Below, one piece after another: positions 15,501 through 30,500 of a DNA stretch of 62,900 bases (the first letter of the stretch is position 1; the number at the start of each line of letters is the position of its first letter). The notes beneath the pieces were generated by a model. That model saw nothing but the letters and a program-made list of their open reading frames with translations, did not search any database and was not told the DNA's origin. The translations under genes and the position numbers were made by a program. The DNA comes from Nemertoderma westbladi (taxonomy: Eukaryota > Animalia > Xenacoelomorpha), in the NCBI GenBank assembly GCA_032718475.1, contig JAUCBJ010004355.1, forward strand, positions 1 through 62,900. The letters are read 5' to 3'.

Positions 15501-18500
15501 TGTCTCCTACTTACTGCGATCTCTTTACCAGCACCCATCTCTCTCCTACTTACTGCGATCTCTTCACCAGCACCCATCTCTCCCCTACTTACTGCATCTC
15601 TTTACCAGGACCCATCTCTCTCCTACTTACTGCGATCTCTTTACCAGCACCCATCTCTCCCCTACTTACTGTGATCTCTTTACCAGCACGCATCTGTCTC
15701 CTACTTACTGCGATCTCTTTACCAGCACCCATCTCTCTCCTACTTACTGTGATCTCTTTACCAGCATCCATCTCTCTCCTACTTACTGCGATCTCTTTAC
15801 CTGCACCCATCTCTCCCCTACTTACTGTGATCTCTTTACCAGCACGCATCTGTCTCCTACTTACTGCGATCTCTTTACCAGCACCCATCTCTCTCCTACT
15901 TACTGCGATCTCTTCACCAGCACCCATCTCTCCCCTACTTACTGCGATCTCTTTACCAGCACCCATCTCTCTCCTACTCACTGCGATCTCTTTACCAGCA
16001 TCCATCTCTCTCCTACTTACTGCCATCTCTTTACCAGCATCCATCTCTCTCCTACTTACTGCGATCTCTTTACCAGCACCCATCTTTCCCCTACTTACAG
16101 CGATCTCTTTACCAGCACGCATCTGTCTCCTACTTACTGCGATCTCTTTACCAGCACCCATCTCTCTCCTACTTACTGCGATCTTTTACCAGCACCCATC
16201 TCTCCTCTACTTACTGCCATCTCTTTACCAGCTCCCATCTCTCTCCGACTTACTGCGATCTTTTACCAGCACCCATCTCTCTCTCTCTCCTACTCACTGC
16301 GATCTCTTTACCAGCACCCATGCACCCATCTCTCTCCTACTCACTGCGATCTCTTTACTAGCACCCATCTCTCCCCTACTTACTGCCATCTCTTTACCAG
16401 CTCCCATCTCTCTCCGACTTACTGCGTTCTTTTACCAGCACCCATCTCTCCTCTACATACTGCCATCTCTTTACCAGCACCCATCTCTCTCTCTCTCCTA
16501 CTCACTGCGATCTCTTTACCAGCACCCATCTTTCCCCTACTTACTGCGATCTCTTTACCAGCACCAATCTCTCCTCTATTTACTGCGATCTTTTTACCAG
16601 CACCCATCTCTCTCCTACTTACTGCGATCTATTTACCAGCACCCATCTCCCTCCTACTCACTGCGATCTCTTTACCAGCACCCATCTCTCTCCTACTTAA
16701 TGCGATCTCTTTACCAGCACCCATATCTCTCCTACTTACTGCGATCTTTTCACCAGCACCCATCTCTCCTCTACTTACTGCGATCTATTTACCATTACCC
16801 ATCTCTCTCCTACTTACTGCGATCTCTTTACCAGCACCCATCTCTCCCCTACTTACTGCGATCTCTTTACCAGCACCCATCTCTCCCCTACTTACTGAGA
16901 TCTCTTTACCAGCACCCATCTCTCTCCTACTTACTGCGATCTCTTTACCAGCACCCATCTCTCCCCTACTTACTGCGATCTCTTCACCAGCACCCATCTC
17001 TCCCCTACTTACTGCGATCTCTTTACCAGCACCCATCTCTCCCCTACTTACTGAGATCTCTTTACCAGCATCCATCTCTCTCCTACTTACTGCGATCTCT
17101 TTACCAGTACCCATCTCTCTCCTACTTACTGCGATCTCTTTACCAGCATCCATCTCTCCTCTCTACTCACTGCGATCTCTTTACCAGCACCCATCTCTCT
17201 CCTACTTACTGCGATCTCTTTACCAGCATCCATCTCTCCTCTACTTACTGCGATATCTTTACCAGCATCCATCTCTCTCCTACTTACTGCGATCTCTTTA
17301 CCAGTACCCATCTCTCTCCTACTTACTGCGATCTCTTTACCAGCATCCATCTCTCCTCTCTACTCACTGCGATCTCTTTACCAGCACCCATCTCCCTCCT
17401 ACTTACTGCGATCTCTTTACCAGCACCCATCTCTCCCCTACTTACTGCGATCTCTTCACCAGCACCCATCTCTCCCCTACTTACTGCGATCTCTTTACCA
17501 GCACCCATCTCTCCCCTACTTACTGCGATCTCTTTACCAGCACCCATCTCTCCCCAACTTACTGCGATCTCTTTACCAGCATCCATCTCTCTCCTACTTA
17601 CTGCGATCTCTTTACCAGTACCCATCTCTCTCCTACTTACTGCGATCTCTTTACCAGCATCCATCTCTCCTCTCTACTCACTGCGATCTCTTTACCAGCA
17701 CCCATCTCTCTCCTACTTACTGCGATCTCTTTACCAGCATCCATCTCTCCTCTACTTACTGCGATATCTTTACCAGCATCCATCTCTCTCCTACTTACTG
17801 CGATCTCTTTACCAGTACCCATCTCTCTCCTACTTACTGCGATCTCTTTACCAGCATCCATCTCTCCTCTCTACTCACTGCGATCTCTTTACCAGCACCC
17901 ATCTCCCTCCTACTTACTGCGATCTCTTTACCAGCACCCATCTCTCCCCTACTTACTGAGATCTCTTTACCAGCATCCATCTCTCTCCTACTTACTGCGA
18001 TCTCTTTACCAGTACCCATCTCTCTCCTACTTACTGCGATCTCTTTACCAGCATCCATCTCTCCTCTCTACTCACTGCGATCTCTTTACCAGCACCCATC
18101 TCCCTCCTACTTACTGCGATCTCTTTACCAGCATCCATCTCTCCTCTACTTACTGCGATCTCTTTACCAGCACCGATCTCTCCCCTACTTACTGCGATCT
18201 CTTCACCAGCACCCATCTCTCCCCTACTTACTGCGATTTCTTTACCAGCACCCATCTCTCCTCTACTTACTGCGATATCTTTACCAGCACCCATCTCTCC
18301 TCTACTTACTGCGATCTCTTTACCAGCACCCATCTCTCCCCTACTTACTGCGATCTCTTCACCAGCACCCATCTCTCCCCTACTTACTGCGATCTCTTTA
18401 CCAGCACCCATCTCTCCTCTACTTACTGCGATATCTTTACCAGCACCCATCTCTCCCCTACTTACTGCGATCTCTTCACCAGCACCCATCTCTCCCCTAC

Positions 18501-21500
18501 TTACTGCGATCTCTTCACCAGCACCCATCTCTCCCCTACTTACTGAGATCTCTTTACCAGCACCCATCTCTCCCCTACTTACTGAGATCTCTTTACCAGC
18601 ACCCATCTCTCTCCTACTTACTGCGATCTCTTTACCAGCATCCATCTCTCCCCTACTTACTGAGATCTCCTTACCAGCACCCATCTCTCATCTACTCACT
18701 GCAATCTCTTCACCAGCACCCATCTCTCTCCTACTTACTGCGATCTCTTTACCAGCATCCATCTCTCTCCAACTTACTGCGATCTCTTCACCAGCACCCA
18801 TCTCTCTCCTACTTACTGCGATCTCTTTACCAGCATCCATCTCTCCTCTACTTACTGCGATATCTTTACCAGCACCATCTCTCCTCTACTTAATGCGATC
18901 TCTTTATCAGCACCCATCTCTCCCCTACTTACTGCGATCTCTTTACCAGCACCAATCTCTCCTCTACTTACTGCCATCTCTTTACCAGCATCCATATCTC
19001 TCCTACTTACTGAGATCTCTTTACCAGCACCCATCTCTCATCTACTCACTGCAATCTCTTCACCAGCACCCATCTCTCTCCTACTTACTGCGATCTCTTT
19101 ACCAGCATCCATCTCTCTCCAACTTACTGCGATCTCTTCACCAGCACCCATCTCTCTCCTACTTACTGCGATCTCTTTACCAGCATCCATCTCTCTCCTA
19201 CTTACTGCGATCTCTTTACCAGCATCCATCTCTCTCCTACTTACTGCGATCTCTTTACCTGCATCCATCTCTCCTCTACTTACTGCGATCTCTTTATCAG
19301 CACCCATCTCCCTCCTACTTACTGAGATCTCTTTACCAGCATCCATCTCTCTCCTACTTACTGCGACCTCTTTACCAGCACCCATCTCTCTCCTACTTAC
19401 TGCGATCTCTTTACCAGCACCCATCTCTCTCCTACTTACTGCGACCTCTTTACCAGCACCCATCTCTCTCCTACTTACTGCGATCTCTTTACCTGCATCC
19501 ATCTCTCCTCTACTTACTGCGATCTCTTTATCAGCACCCATCTCCCTCCTACTTACTGAGATCTCTTTACCAGCATCCATCTCTCTCCTACTTACTGCGA
19601 CCTCTTTACCAGCACCCATCTCTCTCCTACTTACTGCGACCTCTTTACCAGCACCCATCTCTCTCCTACTTACTGCGACCTCTTTACCAGCACCCATCTC
19701 TCTCCTACTTACTGCGATCTCTTTACCAGCACCCATCTCTCCCCTACTTACTGAGATCTCTTTACCAGCACCCATATCTCCCCTACTTACTGCGATCTCT
19801 TTACCAGCATCCATATCTCTCCTACTTACTGCGATCTCTTTACCAGTACCCATCTATCTCCTACTTACTGAGATCTCTTTACCTGCATCCATCTCTCCTC
19901 TACTTAGTGCGACCTCTTTACCAGCACCCATCTCTCTCCTACTTACTGCGACCTCTTTACCAGCACCCATCTCTCTCCTACTTACTGCGATCTCTTTACC
20001 AGCACCCATCTCTCCCCTACTTACTGAGATCTCTTTACCAGCACCCATCTCTCCCCTACTTACTGAGATCTCTTTACCAGCATCCATCTCTCTCCTACTT
20101 ACTGCGATCTCTTTATCAGCACCCATATCTCCCCTACTTACTGCGATCTCTTTACCAGCATCCATATCTCTCCTACTTACTGCGATCTCTTTATCAGCAC
20201 CCATCTCTCATCTACTTACTACGACCTCTTTACCAGCACCCATCTCTCCCCTACTTACTGAGATCTCTTTACCAGCACCCATCTCTCCCCTACTTACTGA
20301 GATCTCTTTACCAGCACCCATCTCTCCCCTACTTACTGAGATCTCTTTACCAGCATCCATCTCTCTCCTACTTACTGCGATCTCTTTATCAGCACCCATA
20401 TCTCCCCTACTTACTGCGACCTCTTTACCAGCACCCATCTCTCTCCTACTTACTGCGATCTCTTTACCAGCACCCATCTCTCCCCTACTTACTGAGATCT
20501 CTTTACCAGCACCCATCTCTCCCCTACTTACTGAGATCTCTTTACCAGCACCCATCTCTCCCCTACTTACTGAGATCTCTTTACCAGCATCCATCTCTCT
20601 CCTACTTACTGCGATCTCTTTATCAGCACCCATATCTCCCCTACTTACTGCGATCTCTTTACCAGCATCCATATCTCTCCTACTTACTGCGATCTCTTTA
20701 TCAGCACCCATCTCTCATCTACTTACTACGACCTCTTTATCAGCACCCATCTCTCATCTACTTACTACGACCTCTTTACCAGCACCCATCTCTCTCCTAC
20801 TTACTGCGATCTCTTTACCAGCACCCATCTCTCCCCAACTTACTGCGATCTCTTCACCAGCACCCATCTCTCTCCTACTTACTGCGATCTCTTTACCTGC
20901 ATCCATCTCTCCTCTACTTAGTGCGACCTCTTTACCAGCACCCATCTCTCCCCTACTTACTGAGATCTCTTTACCAGCATCCATCTCTCTCCTACTTACT
21001 GCGATCTCTTTATCAGCACCCATATCTCCCCTACTTACTGCGATCTCTTTACCAGCATCCATATCTCTCCTACTTACTGCGATCTCTTTATCAGCACCCA
21101 TCTCTCATCTACTTACTACGACCTCTTTACCAGCACCCATCTCTCTCCTACTTACTGAGATCTCTTTACCAGCATCCATCTCTCTCCTACTTACTGCGAT
21201 CTCTTCACCAGCACCCATCTCTCCCCTATTTACTGCGATCTCTTCACCAGCACCCATCTCTCCCCTATTTACTGCGATCTCTTTACCAGCATCCATCTCT
21301 CTCCTACTTACTGCGATCTCTTTACCTGCATCCATCTATCCTCTACTTACTGCGATCTCTTTACCAGCATCCATCTCTCTCCTACTTACTGCGATCTCTT
21401 TACCAGCATCCATCTCTCTCCTACTTACTGAGATCTCTTTACCAGCATCCATCTCTCTCCTACTTACTGCGATCTCTTTACCTGCATCCATCTCTCCTCT

Positions 21501-24500
21501 ACTTAATGCGATCTCTTTATCAGCACCCATATCTCCCCTACTTACTGCGATCTCTTTACCAGCATCCATCTCTCCTCTACTTACTGCGATCTCTTTACCA
21601 GCATCCATCTCTCTCCTACTTACTGCGATCTCTTTATCAGCACCCATCTCTCTCCTACTTACTGCGATCTCTTTACCTGCATCCATCTATCCTCTACTTA
21701 CTGCGATCTCTTCACCAGCACCCATCTCTCTCCTACTTACTGCGATCTCTTTACCAGCACCCATATCTCTCCTACTTACTGCGATCTCTTTACCAGCACC
21801 CATCTCTCCCCTACTTACTGCGATCTCTTTACCAGCACCCATCTCTCCCCTACTTACTGCGATCTCTTTACCAGCATCCATCTCTCCCCTACTTACTGCG
21901 ATCTCTTTACCAGCACGCATCTGTCTCCTACTTACTGCGATCTCTTTACCAGCACCCATCTCTCTCCTACTTACTGCGATCTCTTCACCAGCACCCATCT
22001 CTCCTCTACTTACTGCGATCTCTTTACCAGCATCCATCTCTCCCCTACTTACTGCGATCTCTTTACCAGCACCCATCTCTCTCCTACTTACTGCGATCTC
22101 TTTACCAGCACCCATCTCTCCCCTACTTACTGCGATCTCTTTATCAGCACCCATCTCTCCCCTACTTACTGCGATCTCTTTACCAGCACGCATCTGTCTC
22201 CTACTTACTGCGATCTCTTTACCAGCACCCATCTCTCTCCTACTTACTGCGATCTCTTCACCAGCACCCATCTCTCCCCTACTTACTGCATCTCTTTACC
22301 AGGACCCATCTCTCTCCTACTTACTGCGATCTCTTTACCAGCACCCATCTCTCCCCTACTTACTGTGATCTCTTTACCAGCACGCATCTGTCTCCTACTT
22401 ACTGCGATCTCTTTACCAGCACCCATCTCTCTCCTACTTACTGTGATCTCTTTACCAGCATCCATCTCTCTCCTACTTACTGCGATCTCTTTACCTGCAC
22501 CCATCTCTCCCCTACTTACTGTGATCTCTTTACCAGCACGCATCTGTCTCCTACTTACTGCGATCTCTTTACCAGCACCCATCTCTCTCCTACTTACTGC
22601 GATCTCTTCACCAGCACCCATCTCTCCCCTACTTACTGCGATCTCTTTACCAGCACCCATCTCTCTCCTACTCACTGCGATCTCTTTACCAGCATCCATC
22701 TCTCTCCTACTTACTGCCATCTCTTTACCAGCATCCATCTCTCTCCTACTTACTGCGATCTCTTTACCAGCACCCATCTTTCCCCTACTTACAGCGATCT
22801 CTTTACCAGCACGCATCTGTCTCCTACTTACTGCGATCTCTTTACCAGCACCCATCTCTCTCCTACTTACTGCGATCTTTTACCAGCACCCATCTCTCCT
22901 CTACTTACTGCCATCTCTTTACCAGCTCCCATCTCTCTCCGACTTACTGCGATCTTTTACCAGCACCCATCTCTCTCTCTCTCCTACTCACTGCGATCTC
23001 TTTACCAGCACCCATGCACCCATCTCTCTCCTACTCACTGCGATCTCTTTACTAGCACCCATCTCTCCCCTACTTACTGCCATCTCTTTACCAGCTCCCA
23101 TCTCTCTCCGACTTACTGCGTTCTTTTACCAGCACCCATCTCTCCTCTACATACTGCCATCTCTTTACCAGCACCCATCTCTCTCTCTCTCCTACTCACT
23201 GCGATCTCTTTACCAGCACCCATCTTTCCCCTACTTACTGCGATCTCTTTACCAGCACCAATCTCTCCTCTATTTACTGCGATCTTTTTACCAGCACCCA
23301 TCTCTCTCCTACTTACTGCGATCTATTTACCAGCACCCATCTCCCTCCTACTCACTGCGATCTCTTTACCAGCACCCATCTCTCTCCTACTTAATGCGAT
23401 CTCTTTACCAGCACCCATATCTCTCCTACTTACTGCGATCTTTTCACCAGCACCCATCTCTCCTCTACTTACTGCGATCTATTTACCATTACCCATCTCT
23501 CTCCTACTTACTGCGATCTCTTTACCAGCACCCATCTCTCCCCTACTTACTGCGATCTCTTTACCAGCACCCATCTCTCCCCTACTTACTGAGATCTCTT
23601 TACCAGCACCCATCTCTCTCCTACTTACTGCAATCTCTTTACCAGCACCCATCTCTCCCCTACTTACTGCGATCTCTTCACCAGCACCCATCTCTCCCCT
23701 ACTTACTGCGATCTCTTTACCAGCACCCATCTCTACCCTACTTACTGAGATCTCTTTACCAGCATCCATCTCTCTCCTACTTACTGCGATCTCTTTACCA
23801 GTACCCATCTCTCTCCTACTTACTGCGATCTCTTTACCAGCATCCATCTCTCCTCTCTACTCACTGCGATCTCTTTACCAGCACCCATCTCTCTCCTACT
23901 TACTGCGATCTCTTTACCAGCATCCATCTCTCCTCTACTTACTGCGATATCTTTACCAGCACCCATCTCTCCTCTACTTACTGCGATCTCTTTACCAGCA
24001 CCGATCTCTCCCCTACTTACTGCGATCTCTTCACCAGCACCCATCTCTCCCCTACTTACTGCGATTTCTTTACCAGCACCCATCTCTCCTCTACTTACTG
24101 CGATATCTTTACCAGCACCCATCTCTCCTCTACTTACTGCGATCTCTTTACCAGCACCCATCTCTCCCCTACTTACTGCGATCTCTTCACCAGCACCCAT
24201 CTCTCCCCTACTTACTGCGATCTCTTTACCAGCACCCATCTCTCCTCTACTTACTGCGATATCTTTACCAGCACCCATCTCTCCCCTACTTACTGCGATC
24301 TCTTCACCAGCACCCATCTCTCCCCTACTTACTGCGATCTCTTCACCAGCACCCATCTCTCCCCTACTTACTGAGATCTCTTTACCAGCACCCATCTCTC
24401 CCCTACTTACTGAGATCTCTTTACCAGCACCCATCTCTCTCCTACTTACTGCGATCTCTTTACCAGCATCCATCTCTCCCCTACTTACTGAGATCTCCTT

Positions 24501-27500
24501 ACCAGCACCCATCTCTCATCTACTCACTGCAATCTCTTCACCAGCACCCATCTCTCTCCTACTTACTGCGATCTCTTTACCAGCATCCATCTCTCTCCAA
24601 CTTACTGCGATCTCTTCACCAGCACCCATCTCTCTCCTACTTACTGCGATCTCTTTACCAGCATCCATCTCTCCTCTACTTACTGCGATATCTTTACCAG
24701 CACCATCTCTCCTCTACTTAATGCGATCTCTTTATCAGCACCCATCTCTCCCCTACTTACTGCGATCTCTTTACCAGCACCAATCTCTCCTCTACTTACT
24801 GCCATCTCTTTACCAGCATCCATATCTCTCCTACTTACTGAGATCTCTTTACCAGCACCCATCTCTCATCTACTCACTGCAATCTCTTCACCAGCACCCA
24901 TCTCTCTCCTACTTACTGCGATCTCTTTACCAGCATCCATCTCTCTCCAACTTACTGCGATCTCTTCACCAGCACCCATCTCTCTCCTACTTACTGCGAT
25001 CTCTTTACCAGCATCCATCTCTCTCCTACTTACTGCGATCTCTTTACCAGCATCCATCTCTCTCCTACTTACTGCGATCTCTTTACCTGCATCCATCTCT
25101 CCTCTACTTACTGCGATCTCTTTATCAGCACCCATCTCCCTCCTACTTACTGAGATCTCTTTACCAGCATCCATCTCTCTCCTACTTACTGCGACCTCTT
25201 TACCAGCACCCATCTCTCTCCTACTTACTGCGATCTCTTTACCAGCACCCATCTCTCTCCTACTTACTGCGACCTCTTTACCAGCACCCATCTCTCTCCT
25301 ACTTACTGCGATCTCTTTACCTGCATCCATCTCTCCTCTACTTACTGCGATCTCTTTATCAGCACCCATCTCCCTCCTACTTACTGAGATCTCTTTACCA
25401 GCATCCATCTCTCTCCTACTTACTGCGACCTCTTTACCAGCACCCATCTCTCTCCTACTTACTGCGACCTCTTTACCAGCACCCATCTCTCTCCTACTTA
25501 CTGCGACCTCTTTACCAGCACCCATCTCTCTCCTACTTACTGCGATCTCTTTACCAGCACCCATCTCTCCCCTACTTACTGAGATCTCTTTACCAGCACC
25601 CATATCTCCCCTACTTACTGCGATCTCTTTACCAGCATCCATCTCTCATCTACTTACTGCGATCTCTTTACCAGCATCCATATCTCTCCTACTTACTGCG
25701 ATCTCTTTACCAGTACCCATCTATCTCCTACTTACTGAGATCTCTTTACCTGCATCCATCTCTCTCCTACTTACTGCGATCTCTTTACCAGCATCCATCT
25801 CTCTCCTACTTACAGCGATCTCTTTACCAGCACCCATCTCTCTCCTCTACTTAGTGCGACCTCTTTACCAGCACCCATCTCTCTCCTACTTACTGCGACC
25901 TCTTTACCAGCACCCATCTCTCTCCTACTTACTGCGATCTCTTTACCAGCACCCATCTCTCCCCTACTTACTGAGATCTCTTTACCAGCACCCATCTCTC
26001 CCCTACTTACTGAGATCTCTTTACCAGCATCCATCTCTCTCCTACTTACTGCGATCTCTTTATCAGCACCCATATCTCCCCTACTTACTGCGATCTCTTT
26101 ACCAGCATCCATATCTCTCCTACTTACTGCGATCTCTTTATCAGCACCCATCTCTCATCTACTTACTACGACCTCTTTACCAGCACCCATCTCTCCCCTA
26201 CTTACTGAGATCTCTTTACCAGCACCCATCTCTCCCCTACTTACTGAGATCTCTTTACCAGCACCCATCTCTCCCCTACTTACTGAGATCTCTTTACCAG
26301 CATCCATCTCTCTCCTACTTACTGCGATCTCTTTATCAGCACCCATATCTCCCCTACTTACTGCGACCTCTTTACCAGCACCCATCTCTCTCCTACTTAC
26401 TGCGATCTCTTTACCAGCACCCATCTCTCCCCTACTTACTGAGATCTCTTTACCAGCACCCATCTCTCCCCTACTTACTGAGATCTCTTTACCAGCACCC
26501 ATCTCTCCCCTACTTACTGAGATCTCTTTACCAGCATCCATCTCTCTCCTACTTACTGCGATCTCTTTATCAGCACCCATATCTCCCCTACTTACTGCGA
26601 TCTCTTTACCAGCATCCATATCTCTCCTACTTACTGCGATCTCTTTATCAGCACCCATCTCTCATCTACTTACTACGACCTCTTTATCAGCACCCATCTC
26701 TCATCTACTTACTACGACCTCTTTACCAGCACCCATCTCTCTCCTACTTACTGCGATCTCTTTACCAGCACCCATCTCTCCCCAACTTACTGCGATCTCT
26801 TCACCAGCACCCATCTCTCTCCTACTTACTGCGATCTCTTTACCTGCATCCATCTCTCCTCTACTTAGTGCGACCTCTTTACCAGCACCCATCTCTCCCC
26901 TACTTACTGAGATCTCTTTACCAGCATCCATCTCTCTCCTACTTACTGCGATCTCTTTATCAGCACCCATATCTCCCCTACTTACTGCGATCTCTTTACC
27001 AGCATCCATATCTCTCCTACTTACTGCGATCTCTTTATCAGCACCCATCTCTCATCTACTTACTACGACCTCTTTACCAGCACCCATCTCTCTCCTACTT
27101 ACTGAGATCTCTTTACCAGCATCCATCTCTCTCCTACTTACTGCGATCTCTTCACCAGCACCCATCTCTCCCCTATTTACTGCGATCTCTTCACCAGCAC
27201 CCATCTCTCCCCTATTTACTGCGATCTCTTTACCAGCATCCATCTCTCTCCTACTTACTGCGATCTCTTTACCTGCATCCATCTATCCTCTACTTACTGC
27301 GATCTCTTTACCAGCATCCATCTCTCTCCTACTTACTGCGATCTCTTTACCAGCATCCATCTCTCTCCTACTTACTGAGATCTCTTTACCAGCATCCATC
27401 TCTCTCCTACTTACTGCGATCTCTTTACCTGCATCCATCTCTCCTCTACTTAATGCGATCTCTTTATCAGCACCCATATCTCCCCTACTTACTGCGATCT

Positions 27501-30500
27501 CTTTACCAGCATCCATCTCTCCTCTACTTACTGCGATCTCTTTACCAGCATCCATCTCTCTCCTACTTACTGCGATCTCTTTATCAGCACCCATCTCTCT
27601 CCTACTTACTGCGATCTCTTTACCTGCATCCATCTATCCTCTACTTACTGCGATCTCTTCACCAGCACCCATCTCTCTCCTACTTACTGCGAACTCTTTA
27701 CCAGCACCCATATCTCTCCTACTTACTGCGATCTCTTTACCAGCACCCATCTCTCTCCTACTTACTGCGATCTCTTTACCTGCATCCATCTCTCTCCTAC
27801 TTACTGCCATCTCTTTACCAGCATCCATCTCTCCCCTATTTACTGCGATCTCTTTACCAGCACCCATCTCTCTCCTACTTACTGCGATCTCTTTACCTGC
27901 ATCCATCTCTCTCCTACTTACTGCCATCTCTTTACCAGCACCCATCTCTCCCCTATTTACTGCGATCTCTTTACCAGCACCCATCTCTCTCCTACTTACT
28001 GCGATCTCTTTACCTGCATCCATCTCTCTCCTACTTACTGCCATCTCTTTACCAGCACCCATCTCTCTCCTACTTACTGCGATCTCTTTACCTGCATCCA
28101 TCTATCCTCTACTTACTGCGATCTCTTCACCAGCACCCATCTCTCTCCTACTTACTGCGATCTCTTTACCAGCACCCATCTCTCCTCTACTTACTGCGAT
28201 ATCTTTACCAGCACCCATCTCTCCTCTACTTACTGCGATCTCTTTACCAGCACCCATCTCTCTCCTACTTACTGCGATCTCTTTACCTGCATCCATCTCT
28301 CTCCTACTTACTGCGATCTCTTTACCTGCATCCATCTATCCTCTACTTACTGCGATCTCTTCACCAGCACCCATCTCTCCCCTATTTACTGCGATCTCTT
28401 TACCAGCACCCATCTCTCTCCTACTTACTGCGATCTCTTTACCTGCATCCATCTCTCTCCTACTTACTGCGATCTCTTCACCAGCACCTATCTCTCCTCT
28501 ACTTACTGCGATATCTTCACCAGCACCCATATCTCCCCTACTTACTGCCATCTCTTTACCAGCACCCATCTCTCTCCTACTTACTGCGATCTCTTTACCT
28601 GCATCCATCTATCCTCTACTTACTGCGATCTCTTCACCAGCACCCATCTCTCCCCTATTTACTGCGATCTCTTTACCAGCACCCATCTCTCTCCTACTTA
28701 CTGCGATCTCTTTACCTGCATCCATCTCTCTCCTACTCACTGAGATCTCTTTACCTGCATCCATCTATCCTCTACTTACTGCGATCTCTTCACCAGCACC
28801 CATCTCTCCCCTATTTACTGCGATCTCTTTACCAGCACCCATCTCTCCCCTACTTACTGCGATCTTTTACCAGCACCCATCTCTCTCCTACTTACTGCGA
28901 TCTCTTTACCAGCATCCATCTCTCTCCTACTTACTGCGATCTCTTTACCTGCATCCATCTATCCTCTACTTACTGCGATCTCTTCACCAGCACCCATCTC
29001 TCTCCTACTTACTGCGATCTCTTTACCAGCATCCATCTCTCCCCTACTCACTGCGATATCTTCACCAGCACCCATATCTCTCCTACTTACTGCGATCTCT
29101 TTACCAGCACCCATCTCTCCTCTACTTACTGCGATCTCTTTACCAGCACCCATCTCTCCCCTACTTACTGCGATCTCTTTACCAGCATCCATCTCTCTCC
29201 TACTTACTGCGATCTCTTTACCTGCATCCATCTATCCTCTATTCACTGCGATCTCTTTACCAGCACCCATCTCTCTCCTACTTACTGCGATCTCTTTACC
29301 TGCATCCATCTCTCTCCTACTTACTGCGATCTCTTCACCAGCACCCATCTCTCCCCTATTTACTGCGATCTCTTCACCAGCACCCATCTCTCCCCTATTT
29401 ACTGCGATCTCTTTACCAGCATCCATCTCTCTCCTACTTACTGCGATCTCTTTACCTGCATCCATCTATCCTCTACTTACTGCGATCTCTTTACCAGCAT
29501 CCATATCTCCTCTACTTAATGCGATCTCTTTATCAGCACCCATCTCTCCCCTACTTACTGCAATCTCTTTACCAGCATCCATCTCTCTCCTACTTACTGC
29601 GATCTCTTTACCTGCATCCATCTATCCTCTACTTACTGCGATCTCTTTACCAGCATCCATCTCTCTCCTACTTACTGCGATCTCTTTACCAGCATCCATC
29701 TCTCTCCTACTTACTGAGATCTCTTTACCAGCATCCATCTCTCTCCTACTTACTGCGATCTCTTTACCAGCATCCATCTCTCTCCTACTTACTGAGATCT
29801 CTTTACCAGCATCCATCTCTCTCCTACTTACTGCGATCTCTTTACCAGCATCCATCTCTCTCCTACTTACTGAGATCTCTTTACCAGCATCCATCTCTCT
29901 CCTACTTACTGCGATCTCTTTACCTGCATCCATCTCTCCTCTACTTAATGCGATCTCTTTATCAGCACCCATCTCTCCCCTACTTACTGCGATCTCTTTA
30001 CCAGCATCAATCTCTCTCCTACTTACTGCGATCTCTTTACCTGCATCCATCTATCCTCTACTTACTGCGATCTCTTTACCAGCATCCATCTCTCTCCTAC
30101 TTACTGCGATCTCTTTACCAGCATCCATCTCTCTCCTACTTACTGAGATCTCTTTACCAGCATCCATCTCTCTCCTACTTACTGCGATCTCTTTACCTGC
30201 ATCCATCTCTCCTCTACTTAATGCGATCTCTTTATCAGCACCCATCTCTCCCCTACTTACTGCGATCTCTTTACCAGCATCCATCTCTCTCCTACTTACT
30301 GCGATCTCTTTACCTGCATCCATCTATCCTCTACTTACTGCGATCTCTTTACCAGCACCCATCTCTCTCCTACTTACTGCGATCTCTTCACCAGCACCCA
30401 TCTCTCCCCTACTTACTGCATCTCTTTACCAGCACCCATCTCTCTCCTACTTACTGCGATCTCTTTACCTGCATCCATCTATCCTCTACTTACTGCGATC